From assembly GCF_002087085.1 (NCBI RefSeq), contig NZ_MWQY01000023.1:1-57455 (forward strand): a stretch of 57,455 bases of DNA, in the 5' to 3' direction. Of this stretch, positions 8,888 through 18,491 are shown in pieces. A program made the translations under genes and the position numbers. The notes beneath the pieces were generated by a model. The model had not been told where the DNA came from. It worked only from the letters and a program-made list of their open reading frames with translations, and did not search any database. How positions within the stretch are numbered: position 1 is the stretch's first letter; each line of letters opens with the position of its first letter.

Positions 8888-9871
8888 CTATCGGTGAAAA
8901 AAATTGACCCGGTAGTGAAGTTCGTAACCGCAGGTATCGCAGCAGTATTCATCATCATTCAGTATGCGGACCCTGTAGCCATTGCGCTGAATCAGGGTCC
9001 TCCCGCAGTGGGGGCAGAGGGTATCGGCGGCAGCACCAGTATTTCCCTGGTATACGTAGGTCAGGATCTCTCCGGCCCGTTTTGTTATACTGTCCATGGA
9101 TTTCATGGCAGTTTCCGGAATTTGTGACTTGTAGTTCGGATAATACCGGCTTATGTGCAGGGGAATATTCCTGTCTATTCCTGCTATGAAACCAAGCAGG
9201 TTTTCGATTTCTTCAGGAGCATCATTTTTCCCGGGGACAATCAGAGTCGTAAGCTCCACATGACAGCGTTCTGAGGCTGTGGCAATGGATGATTTGACGG
9301 CATCGAGGTTCCCTCCGAGTTCATTTTTATAGTAATCGTGATTAAAGCTCTTGAGGTCGATATTCGCCGCGTCCATCGCCGAAAAAAGCTCTTCAGCGGC
9401 CCCTGTATTGACCATGCCGTTGGTTACAATAACGTTGGCAATTCCCGCTTTTCTGGCCAGGTCTGCGCAGTCCAGGCAGAATTCAATATGCACGAGGGGC
9501 TCGGAATAGGTATAGCTGATGCTGGGGCAGCCAGCTTCACGGGCTTTTTTCACGACTTGACTGGGGCTCATATGAACGGAATTTTCCCGTACCCGCTGGG
9601 AAATCTCGTAATTCTGGCAAAAGGGACAGCGCATGTTACAGCCCCAGAACCCGATGGAAAAGCTTCTTGTCCCGGGCAGAAAATGAAAGATCGGTTTTTT
9701 TTCTATCGGATCAATACCGCCGGAGGATATTGCTCCGTAGAAGGGCAGATAGAGTTCTCCCCCACGGTTCTCCCGTACTGCACACAAGCCTCTTTTCCCT
9801 GGAGCAATTTTACAGCTGTGAGGGCAGAGAGTGCATTCCAGTATGGTATTTTGCGATACCGTGTAGGCCAC
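8888..9871 (-). CDS. amrS: AmmeMemoRadiSam system radical SAM enzyme
   Basis: CTLCPHSC...C..R, DPIEKKP, GCNMRCPFCQN (CxxxCxxC), SYTYSEP, NIDLK and C-terminal CPHC/CDTC. Confidence 0.9.
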   Translation of the reverse strand: MAYTVSQNTILECTLCPHSCKIAPGKRGLCAVRENRGGELYLPFYGAISSGGIDPIEKKPIFHFLPGTRSFSIGFWGCNMRCPFCQNYEISQRVRENSVHMSPSQVVKKAREAGCPSISYTYSEPLVHIEFCLDCADLARKAGIANVIVTNGMVNTGAAEELFSAMDAANIDLKSFNHDYYKNELGGNLDAVKSSIATASERCHVELTTLIVPGKNDAPEEIENLLGFIAGIDRNIPLHISRYYPNYKSQIPETAMKSMDSITKRAGEILTYVYQGNTGAAADTLCPHCGRTLIQRNGYRVRILNDDEYCCDTCGYELHYRVNFFHR

Positions 9872-9888
9872 GGGATGTGTCCTTCCTT

Positions 9889-10266
9889 TTATTCTCTGTC
9901 CGTAAGAACCTGATGCAGAAGTTCAGAGTCGTGGTAATACTTGATGGTATCGCCCACTTCGAAGGGTTCGTATTTTACTCCCATGCTTCCGCGGCGTATC
10001 CAAAGCCTGGCCATAAAAAGGTTGGACCCCGAATCGGTAACGATACTGGGCATGTTTTCAGCATGCCGGATATCCTTGACTCTGAATTCATAAAAGGTCG
10101 TATTGCTGCTGAAGGGTTTTATGATCAACAGCAGCTTATCCGGGTCGTAGGGGTGTTTCTTGGGAGCTCCCTCGAAGGCTATACAATCCTGGGTAAAGTC
10201 CTCTTCCGACTCGTATCTGGTAATATCAAAAAGAGGGGCAGTGGATAGATATTTTCGAATGCTCAT
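9889..10266 (-). CDS. Conserved hypothetical protein
   Basis: SD GGAGGA before ATG 10266. Motifs F.GAPKKHPYD and YEPF.V; tightly packed with its neighbours. Confidence 0.7.
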   Translation of the reverse strand: MSIRKYLSTAPLFDITRYESEEDFTQDCIAFEGAPKKHPYDPDKLLLIIKPFSSNTTFYEFRVKDIRHAENMPSIVTDSGSNLFMARLWIRRGSMGVKYEPFEVGDTIKYYHDSELLHQVLTDRE

Positions 10267-10321
10267 CTCAGCATATCCTCCGCTATACAGTATAGACCGA
10301 TACGGTGAATTACGCAAAAGC

Positions 10322-11050
10322 TTATCTGGAATGGGTGGAAAGGGCCCTCTCCGCGGCGCCGGATATGTAATCGTCCAGTATTGCCCTGTCGTGGTCACTC
10401 ATCCCCATATCCAGGGTCAGGATCTTGTTGTTTCTGACAATACGGGAAGGAAAGGTGAGGATTTTATCGTCCAGCTGAAGGGAACAGTCGGAAATAACGG
10501 TATTTTCTGAAATGGTTATGGTCTTATCCGGAGAGTCAGGATAAAAACGAACGCTGTGAATACTGATATCGATAATTGCGCCGGTAATAATCGAGAAGTT
10601 GTCGGGATGGCTGAACATAAAGGAGATTTCGTCATACGCTTTCGGTGTGTAGCGTCGGTACTTTCGATCTTCGCTGAAGAGCGCGTATCTCTGGATAATC
10701 TCTTCGATGGATGATCGTATTACATGGTCTTCCTGAAGATAGGGAACCAGTCCGTTTACCTCGAGAAGCTGAGATTTGGCAGCTTCGTCTTCAGTGAAGA
10801 GATCACCTGTGAAGAGTACGCATATACCCTGATCCTTCTTTTTCATTGTCCGGTAGTATCTTACAAAGGGCTTCCAGTGCCTGGGAAAGTCCTGGGTATG
10901 AAAGATAACCAGGTCCGGCTGGATTTCCTCCAGGTTATCCATGGCTTTAACGGGATTTCTGTACTGAACAATGTCTCCCCCCCTGGAAGAAAACTGTTCC
11001 TGCAGAGGTTCCTTGAAGTTCGGATCACGGGCTACCAGTAAAACAATCAT
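10322..11050 (-). CDS. Receiver-like N-terminal domain + PilZ-like domain protein
   Basis: REC-like VLLV...AMDNLEEIQPDLVIF; PilZ-like RKYRR and DISIHS motifs. Confidence 0.65.
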   Translation of the reverse strand: MIVLLVARDPNFKEPLQEQFSSRGGDIVQYRNPVKAMDNLEEIQPDLVIFHTQDFPRHWKPFVRYYRTMKKKDQGICVLFTGDLFTEDEAAKSQLLEVNGLVPYLQEDHVIRSSIEEIIQRYALFSEDRKYRRYTPKAYDEISFMFSHPDNFSIITGAIIDISIHSVRFYPDSPDKTITISENTVISDCSLQLDDKILTFPSRIVRNNKILTLDMGMSDHDRAILDDYISGAAERALSTHSR

Positions 11051-11997
11051 TCGCTTCCCAGATTGCGGACATCGTAGGATACGATCATCCAGACGCTGTC
11101 TCGTCGGTTCAGATAATAGGTAAATTCTTTTACCTCTATAAAATCGGGATTCTGAAATTTCTCGCGTACCCTCACCGTTCCCTGGGTGGGGGTATACCTG
11201 GTTTCAAGAATCTCGAAAGAAATCGGAATCAGGAGGATCTCATCCCGGGTTTCCCGGGACTGAAGTGCTTCCCTGAAGTTTTGTACCATTGAAAGACGTT
11301 CCGCTTCTGAAGACCGGTCATAGCGGCGTCGAATTTCCGGTGTTTCAAGCATGAGAGATTCCACGTTCAGATAGAGGAAAAACTTGTTCCATTCCTCCAT
11401 CTGTCGGGCCCTGATAAAGTATTCAACAACCTCGTCGGGAGGCAGAGCTTCCCTTCGCAGTATTTCTCCGGTTTCGGCGTCTATTCGCGATTCTATCCCC
11501 TGGGGGCCTTCTGAAGGGCGGACAGTGAAGGAGATAAGGTTTGACCGTAAAACATCTCCCGCTGATCTGAGCTCAGGGTAATAGAAAACCTGGGCGACAT
11601 AGGCTCCGGGTTTTTCTATGGCAATATAATCCTTCAGAGGCTCCACAAAGGAGAAGCGTTCCCCCGGTTCTATATCAATGTCCCGGTAGTAGATGTGTTG
11701 ATTCCTTTGGCGGGCCATGATAAATTGCTCTGAATGCTTGACCGGTTCATTGGTAAGAGTCGTAACGTTGAAGTCGACATTGAACCTGCGGTCATGGGCG
11801 GATTTGAAACGATACGTTTCATTTGTATTGTTGGAAATCTCGATCAGTATCTGGATCTCGCTTTCCGGATAATAAATCCGCTTATCATACAGGCGTATTG
11901 TTACATCGACACCGTTGTTATCGAGTGCTACGAGAGAGAATGGCATATAAACCGCAGCGAGAAATATAATGCAAATGAAAAATTTCTTCATAATCAT
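11047..11997 (-). CDS. Exported hypothetical protein
   Basis: Signal peptide MKKFFICIIFLAA; 316-aa ORF with ATGA overlap into the next gene. Confidence 0.75.
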   Translation of the reverse strand: MIMKKFFICIIFLAAVYMPFSLVALDNNGVDVTIRLYDKRIYYPESEIQILIEISNNTNETYRFKSAHDRRFNVDFNVTTLTNEPVKHSEQFIMARQRNQHIYYRDIDIEPGERFSFVEPLKDYIAIEKPGAYVAQVFYYPELRSAGDVLRSNLISFTVRPSEGPQGIESRIDAETGEILRREALPPDEVVEYFIRARQMEEWNKFFLYLNVESLMLETPEIRRRYDRSSEAERLSMVQNFREALQSRETRDEILLIPISFEILETRYTPTQGTVRVREKFQNPDFIEVKEFTYYLNRRDSVWMIVSYDVRNLGSE

Positions 11998-12029
11998 AAC
12001 ACCACTGGTTACATTGTCGGAATATTAAC

Positions 12030-15000
12030 ATGGTAACATTATTCTTAGAAAGTACCCTGGAGAAATTAAAATCTTCCCGCCCTTACGCGGAGTTCATGCG
12101 ACACAGCGGACGGGAAGAGTATCCCATCAGGACCTACGGACCCAGGGGTTCCTTTCTCGCCGTGGTTCTTGCTGCTCTGATGCGCCAGAAAAAGAGGGCA
12201 ATTCTGTGCGTTGTGCCCTCGGAAAAGGAGGCGGAAAACCTTCTGAGGGACTGCATCTCCTTTGGTGTCCCGGCAGTCCATTTTCCCTGGTGGCAGTCAG
12301 CGCCATACAGCGAACAGCCCACCCATTCAAATGTCGCCGCCCGGCGTATTTCGATACTGAAAAACCTTCTGACGGGAGAAAAAGGGGTTATCTGTGTCTC
12401 CCTTCGGGGATACATAGGCTTTCTTCCTCCCAGGAAACTCCTGGAAGAGAACCTGATTCCCCTGAAAAAAGGTGAGAGTTTCGATCCCCAGAAAATCGAG
12501 CAGACCCTGGAGCACTGGGGGTATCTGCGGGTGCCCAGGGTTTCGTCTCCCGGCGAGTTCGCTCTGAGGGGGGAGGTTCTTGATGTCGGGATACCCGGAG
12601 GAGACGGTGAAGCCCTGAGGGTCGTATTCGAATTCGACGAAATCGAGGAGATACGGACCTTCGATGCCCTTACCCAGAGTTCTTATGGCAGCCTCGAGGA
12701 GTATTCCCTCTTTCCCGCCACCGAATTCCTGTGGGAAGAGGATGCCATGGATCGTGTTGAAGAATTCATGCGTTCCAGGCGATACCCGGGAAAGGGCGAT
12801 GAGGAGTTTCTCGAGCACCTGCGGGTAAGCCGCAGCTGCGCCTTTGATGAGATATTTTTTCCCCTGGGATTTGAAAAACCCGCGACCCTTGCGGACTACA
12901 TGCCGGCGGACGGGCTCTCCCTGTTCATCTCAGACAAGCGACTGGAGAACGCGGCGGAAGGGGTAAACAAGGAGTTTGACGAGCTGTATCGAAGGACCGT
13001 GCGGGAAAAGAAACTCTCCTTCCCTCCGCCGGATAGAATTCTGGCTTCCTATCCGGATCTGGTGGAAGGCTGCCGCAGGAAAATCATGTTCCAGTCCCTC
13101 AAGGATCAGGAAGCGGATTTAACGGTGCCCGAGATTGTCTGTCAGGATCCCAGGTCCTTCTTCGGAAATATCCAGTATCTTAAGGAGGAACTCGAACAGT
13201 ACGCAAAATCCGGATACCAGGTCTACATCTGTGCCGAGACAGAGACCCAGTCGGAGAGGATCTCGCAGCTGTTAAAGGACTACGAAGTTCATCTTTTTTC
13301 CGCCCACCTGAGCCAGGGCTTCGTGCTTCCCGAGGCAAAAATAATCCTGATCCAGGAAAACGAAATCTTCGGCCGCCGCAAAAGAGTCCCGTCTTCGGTC
13401 AAGAAAGCCCGCAGCAGGGCTATCGATACCTTTGTCGAGTTGTCCCCGGGGGACTTTGTTGTTCATGTAAACTACGGAATAGGACGTTTTAAAGGTATTG
13501 AGCGAATCCGGGCTGCCGGAACTGAACGGGACTACATTCAGCTTGAGTATGCCGGAGACGAGACGGTCTTTATTCCCATTGAACAGGTCAACCTCGTTCA
13601 GCGCTATATCGGACAGGAGGGACGTCCTCCGGCCCTTGATTCCCTGGGAGGAAAATCCTGGGAGAAGCGAAAGAACCGGGTCAGGCAGTCCGTCGAAGAT
13701 TTGGCGGACATGCTCATCGATCTGTATGCCAAACGCCAGAACGCCCAGGGCTTCTCCTACGGAGAGGATACGGACTGGCAGGTGGAATTCGAGGCCGCCT
13801 TTCCCTACGAAGAGACCACGGACCAGCTGAGCTGTATTGCCGACGTCAAGGAGGACATGGAGAGCACCCGTCCCATGGACCGGCTGATCTGCGGTGATGT
13901 GGGCTATGGTAAGACCGAGGTAGCCATGCGGGCCGCCTTCAAGGCCGTTATGGCGGGAAAACAGGTGGCGATTCTGGCCCCCACCACGATTCTGACGGAA
14001 CAGCACTACGAATCCTTCTGTGAACGCTTTGATAAATACCCGGTTACGATTCGCATGATTTCCCGTTTTGTCCACGGAAAGGAGCAGAAGCAGACCCTCA
14101 AACAGCTGTCCGAAGGGGAGGTGGATATCCTGATCGGTACTCACCGGATTCTGCAGAAGGATGTGGTATTCAAGAATCTGGGACTCATAATCGTAGACGA
14201 GGAGCAGCGTTTCGGAGTCAAGGATAAGGAGCGTCTCAAACAGCTGAAGCACACAGTGGACGCTCTGGCTCTCTCTGCGACCCCGATCCCCCGCACCCTG
14301 CACATGAGTCTCCTGAAGATACGGGACATGTCTCTGCTGACCACGCCCCCCCATAACAGACAGTCCGTGGATACCTATATCCGTGAGTTCGACGAGGAGA
14401 TGGTCGCCGCCGCCATCCGCAGAGAACTTGAACGGGGCGGACAGGTCTTCTACCTGCATAACCGGGTGGAAACCCTTCGGGAGACCCGCATGTTCCTGGA
14501 ACGCCTGGTGCCGGAGGCCCTGGTGGAGACGGCCCACGGGCAGATGAGTTCCGCAGAACTGGAAGAGGTAATGCATCGATTTATTCACGGCGCTTTTCAG
14601 GTTCTGGTTGCCACCACCATAATTGAAAACGGCATCGACATCTCGAATGTCAATACAATCATAATCGACCGGGCGGATGTATACGGCATATCACAGCTGT
14701 ATCAGCTTCGGGGGCGTGTCGGCCGTTCGGAACGCAAAGCCTATGCATATCTGCTCTATCCCGCCGACAAGGCCTTGAGCGAAATCGCCATGAAGCGCCT
14801 TCAGATCCTTTCGGACTACTCCGATCTCGGGGCGGGCTTCAAGATAGCCATGAAGGACATGGAGGTCAGGGGAGCGGGTAACCTGCTGGGACGGCAGCAG
14901 AGCGGCGAGATTGCCTCGGTGGGTTTCGATATGTATCTGCGGCTTCTTGACGAGGCTGTGGCCGAACGAAGCGAAAAAGGTGAAGAGACCAGGGAAGAAA

Positions 15001-15434
15001 TCTTCCTCGAACTAGACTATTCCGGCTACATCCCGGACAGCTATATTTCGGAACCTGTGGAAAAGATGGAGGTTTACAAAAAGATTGCTGCCATCGACTC
15101 GGATGAGGAACTGGAGAAGGTCCACGCTGAGCTTCACGACCGCTTTGGCCCTCTGCCCGAGGCTGCGGCCAGCCTGCTCTCCCTGGCGGAAGTCCGGATC
15201 GTCTGCCGGAAACTCAGGGTCCGTTCCTTACGGGAACGGGGAGGAAAGGTAAGGGTCGAGTTTGGGAAGGTATCCCTGATTTCCGTGGATAAGGTCCTGA
15301 GCCTGATGCAGACCTCCGGGGGCAAGATTAAGCCGGACCCGAAGAATCCGAACGTTCTTCTGCTGGAGACCGGATCAATAGGTCTCAAGGAAAAATCGGA
15401 ATTTATTCGGGAACGGCTCTCGGCTCTTTTATAA
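12030..15434 (+). CDS. mfd: Transcription-repair coupling factor
   Basis: CarD-like domain (GDFVVH..YGIG), GDVGYGKTEVA, DEEQRFG, SATPIPRTL, QLRGRVGRS and TRCF domain. Confidence 0.98.
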   Translation: MVTLFLESTLEKLKSSRPYAEFMRHSGREEYPIRTYGPRGSFLAVVLAALMRQKKRAILCVVPSEKEAENLLRDCISFGVPAVHFPWWQSAPYSEQPTHSNVAARRISILKNLLTGEKGVICVSLRGYIGFLPPRKLLEENLIPLKKGESFDPQKIEQTLEHWGYLRVPRVSSPGEFALRGEVLDVGIPGGDGEALRVVFEFDEIEEIRTFDALTQSSYGSLEEYSLFPATEFLWEEDAMDRVEEFMRSRRYPGKGDEEFLEHLRVSRSCAFDEIFFPLGFEKPATLADYMPADGLSLFISDKRLENAAEGVNKEFDELYRRTVREKKLSFPPPDRILASYPDLVEGCRRKIMFQSLKDQEADLTVPEIVCQDPRSFFGNIQYLKEELEQYAKSGYQVYICAETETQSERISQLLKDYEVHLFSAHLSQGFVLPEAKIILIQENEIFGRRKRVPSSVKKARSRAIDTFVELSPGDFVVHVNYGIGRFKGIERIRAAGTERDYIQLEYAGDETVFIPIEQVNLVQRYIGQEGRPPALDSLGGKSWEKRKNRVRQSVEDLADMLIDLYAKRQNAQGFSYGEDTDWQVEFEAAFPYEETTDQLSCIADVKEDMESTRPMDRLICGDVGYGKTEVAMRAAFKAVMAGKQVAILAPTTILTEQHYESFCERFDKYPVTIRMISRFVHGKEQKQTLKQLSEGEVDILIGTHRILQKDVVFKNLGLIIVDEEQRFGVKDKERLKQLKHTVDALALSATPIPRTLHMSLLKIRDMSLLTTPPHNRQSVDTYIREFDEEMVAAAIRRELERGGQVFYLHNRVETLRETRMFLERLVPEALVETAHGQMSSAELEEVMHRFIHGAFQVLVATTIIENGIDISNVNTIIIDRADVYGISQLYQLRGRVGRSERKAYAYLLYPADKALSEIAMKRLQILSDYSDLGAGFKIAMKDMEVRGAGNLLGRQQSGEIASVGFDMYLRLLDEAVAERSEKGEETREEIFLELDYSGYIPDSYISEPVEKMEVYKKIAAIDSDEELEKVHAELHDRFGPLPEAAASLLSLAEVRIVCRKLRVRSLRERGGKVRVEFGKVSLISVDKVLSLMQTSGGKIKPDPKNPNVLLLETGSIGLKEKSEFIRERLSALL

Positions 15435-15474
15435 AGTGGGTGTACAATAAAAACAGAGCCAAAGGAAGGATGCC

Positions 15475-17751
15475 ATGGAACGAAAGGCCATCGATCTTAT
15501 ATGCAGCGTAGCCGAATTGACCTCCCTTTTCGAGCGGCAAAAGAGTATCGAAGAGTTTCTTGACCATACGGTAAAGCTGATTGCCCAGCACATGGGAACG
15601 GATCTCTGCTCCATCTTCATTGTGGACACACAGAGCGGACTTCTTGTTCTGCGGGCGAGTACAGGCCTGAACCCGGAGGCCATCGGAAGTCTGACCCTTG
15701 AACCGGGAGAGGGTATTACCGGAACTGCTCTTAAGGAGCTGAGACCTATTATTGTTCCCCGGGCCAAGGAGTCTCCCCATTTCAAGGCCGTCCCGGACCT
15801 GCATGAGGAAGAGTACGAGGCCTTTCTGGCGGTTCCCATAATTCGCGGTTTGCGGAGAGTCGGTGTTATTGTCTGTCAGCAGAAGAAAATCAACTATTTC
15901 TCCAGCTGGGATGTTCGTGCTTTGACAGCAATCGCAGCCCAGATGGCTGCCATGATAGAAAATGCCCTGCTCCTGATGGAACTGCATCGGGGAAAGGAAC
16001 GGACTGATCAGGAGCCCAAAGCTCAGGAACTGCCGAGATACCTTAATGGCCTCCAGACGAGTCCGGGAATAGCCATCGGAAGAAGCTTTTCCCTGGGACG
16101 TTCAGGAGCGGATTCTCTCCACTCTCCCGATCCCTCCGAAGAGTATCGGGGAACCCTTGATGATTTCAGGCGGGCCGTGGAAGAGACAAAAGGACAGATA
16201 AAAAGCCTTCAGAAACAGCTCAAGGAACATTTCGCCGATGTGGGGTCCCTCATTTTTCATGCCCATCTTCTGATGTTGATGGACAAGACCTTTACCGGCG
16301 AAATGGAGCAGAGAATACAGCAGGGGGAAACACCTGCCGCTGCGGTAAGGGATGTGGTGAACAACTATATCCGTATCTTTTCTGAAGCCGAAGCCGCGTC
16401 TGTCCGGGAAAAGGCCCAGGATCTGAAGGATCTCGGGCACCGGGTTCTTATTAACCTTTCCAGAAAGAACGGAAAAATAGAGGATTACCGGGATACCATT
16501 ATTCTTACCGAAGAGTTGTATCCCTCGGAGCTCATAAAGTTTGCTGCCCAGGGGGCTGCGGGTATTATTCTGCACAAGGCGAGCATCACCTCCCATCTGA
16601 AAATCCTGGCTCTCTCGGTAAAGATTCCCATTGTCAGCATCGAAGACAAACAGCTGTTCAACCTGAATGACGGCGTCCCCCTTGTGCTGGACGGTTTTCA
16701 TGGAAATGTGTTTGTTGATCCCGATCCGGAAACCCGGGAACGCTTTATCCGGCTTGCCCGGGAACACGCGGAAATTGATTCCTCCACAAAGATCGATCCC
16801 CTGATTCCATTGAGCGACGGCAGTTCTCTTTCTCTTCTTGCCAATATCGGACTTCTCGGAGACCTTCGGGTCGCCAGGGGGTACGGACTGCGGGGTATCG
16901 GACTCTACCGCAGCGAATTTCCCTTCCTGATACGGAATGACTTTCCCTCGGAAGAGGAACAGTACCGTATATACCGACGTATTTTTGAGGCCTTCGAAGG
17001 CGGACCGGTATACATGCGTGTTCTCGACATGGGCGGCGACAAGCAGCTCGGTTTTTTAGCCGGCGATTCTGAGCCAAACCCCTTTCTGGGACTCAGGGCC
17101 ATACGCTTTACCCTGAAGAACCCGGAAATCCTTTCAACTCAGCTGCGGGCGATGCTCCGGGCAGGGCTCGAGGGTGATCTGAATATCATAGTCCCCTTCA
17201 TATCCGGAATCGAGGAGATCCGGCAAATGCGCAGCATAATGGAGCGAGCCTCTCTGGAGCTTAGTGAGCAGGGTATAGAGCATAACGAAAAACCGAAACT
17301 GGGTATAATGGTCGAGCTTCCTTCCGTCGGATACCTTCTTGAAGAGCTTTCCGACGAAGTCGATTTCATGAGCATCGGAACAAATGATCTTGTGCAGTAT
17401 CTTCTGGCTGTGGATCGCACCAATACCAACGTTTCCCACTATTACCAACCACTTCATCCTGCGGTTCTTCGTTTTATCGCCCGGGTGGCGGAAGTCTGCA
17501 GTTCAAAAAAGATACCCCTTTCGGTTTGCGGGGATTCCGCCGCCGACAGGAATATGGCACGCTTCCTGATGGGACTCGGTATTCGCATCTTCAGCATCGC
17601 TCCGGGTTCTGTTTCCGGTATTCATGAATGGATAAAAAACAACAATAATGTTGAAGACCACAAGGAGTTCAGCCGCAACCTGCTCCGACTGGGAAGCACC
17701 AGGGAAATTCGGGAGTATATTGATTCGCAAAACCATGAAGCAGACAGATAA
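15475..17751 (+). CDS. ptsP: GAF-domain PEP-protein phosphotransferase (EI-Ntr-like)
   Basis: N-terminal GAF, TSH phospho-His, GLYRSEF, EPNPFLGLRAIR, SIGTNDL.QY, VCG. Confidence 0.93.
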   Translation: MERKAIDLICSVAELTSLFERQKSIEEFLDHTVKLIAQHMGTDLCSIFIVDTQSGLLVLRASTGLNPEAIGSLTLEPGEGITGTALKELRPIIVPRAKESPHFKAVPDLHEEEYEAFLAVPIIRGLRRVGVIVCQQKKINYFSSWDVRALTAIAAQMAAMIENALLLMELHRGKERTDQEPKAQELPRYLNGLQTSPGIAIGRSFSLGRSGADSLHSPDPSEEYRGTLDDFRRAVEETKGQIKSLQKQLKEHFADVGSLIFHAHLLMLMDKTFTGEMEQRIQQGETPAAAVRDVVNNYIRIFSEAEAASVREKAQDLKDLGHRVLINLSRKNGKIEDYRDTIILTEELYPSELIKFAAQGAAGIILHKASITSHLKILALSVKIPIVSIEDKQLFNLNDGVPLVLDGFHGNVFVDPDPETRERFIRLAREHAEIDSSTKIDPLIPLSDGSSLSLLANIGLLGDLRVARGYGLRGIGLYRSEFPFLIRNDFPSEEEQYRIYRRIFEAFEGGPVYMRVLDMGGDKQLGFLAGDSEPNPFLGLRAIRFTLKNPEILSTQLRAMLRAGLEGDLNIIVPFISGIEEIRQMRSIMERASLELSEQGIEHNEKPKLGIMVELPSVGYLLEELSDEVDFMSIGTNDLVQYLLAVDRTNTNVSHYYQPLHPAVLRFIARVAEVCSSKKIPLSVCGDSAADRNMARFLMGLGIRIFSIAPGSVSGIHEWIKNNNNVEDHKEFSRNLLRLGSTREIREYIDSQNHEADR

Positions 17752-18427
17752 CACAGAAGGACACAGAAAACTGCGCAGTTACGTTTTACGGGCTGCGCGG
17801 ATGAGCAATTTGCAGCGCCGTTCGTACAATGACCTGTTGCCCCGCTACTCCGTTCCGTACAGGGAGTCCGGGATATCCCTGAAGGAGATATTTCCCGCCG
17901 CTTCGAAGTATATCCTGGAAATAGGTTTCGGGATGGGGGAGGCGACAGTCCGTCTTGCCGGAGAGAATCCTGATTTTGGATATCTCGGTATCGAGGTACA
18001 TAAACCGGGGGTAGGGAAGGTATTGAGTGAAATCGAGCGCCTGTCCCTGGATAACCTCAGGATTATAAATCACGATGCGGTTGAGGTTCTCGAAAGCATG
18101 ATTCCCGATAAGAGTATTGACGGCGTCCATATCTTTTTTCCCGACCCCTGGCCCAAGAAGAAGCACCATAAACGCAGACTGATTCAGGGACCCTTTGTAG
18201 ACTTAATCGTTCCCAGGCTTATTCCCGGAGGCTACCTCTATATCTGCACCGACTGGGAGGAATATGCCGAACAAATCCTCTCCGTGTGCAGTCAGGCTGA
18301 AGGGCTGCAGAACGCATACGAAGGTTTTGCGGAACCTCAGCCGTGGAGGCCCCGCACAAAGTTTGAATCCAGGGGACTGGATAAATCCCATCGTATTCGG
18401 GAAGTGTATTTTACAAAAACCACTTGA
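17735..18427 (+). CDS. trmB: tRNA (guanine-N7)-methyltransferase
   Basis: LEIGFGMG, FFPDPWPKKKHHKRRL, TDW, TKFE. Confidence 0.96.
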   Translation: MKQTDNTEGHRKLRSYVLRAARMSNLQRRSYNDLLPRYSVPYRESGISLKEIFPAASKYILEIGFGMGEATVRLAGENPDFGYLGIEVHKPGVGKVLSEIERLSLDNLRIINHDAVEVLESMIPDKSIDGVHIFFPDPWPKKKHHKRRLIQGPFVDLIVPRLIPGGYLYICTDWEEYAEQILSVCSQAEGLQNAYEGFAEPQPWRPRTKFESRGLDKSHRIREVYFTKTT

Positions 18428-18491
18428 AATTTCTCTATATTTATACGATTATGACGTATCTTTATGCATTTCTGGGATTTCCGGAGGAGTA

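Noticed and set aside
13272..14588. 438-aa antisense ORF within mfd
   Set aside because: Shadow ORF from codon bias on the reverse strand of a conserved gene.
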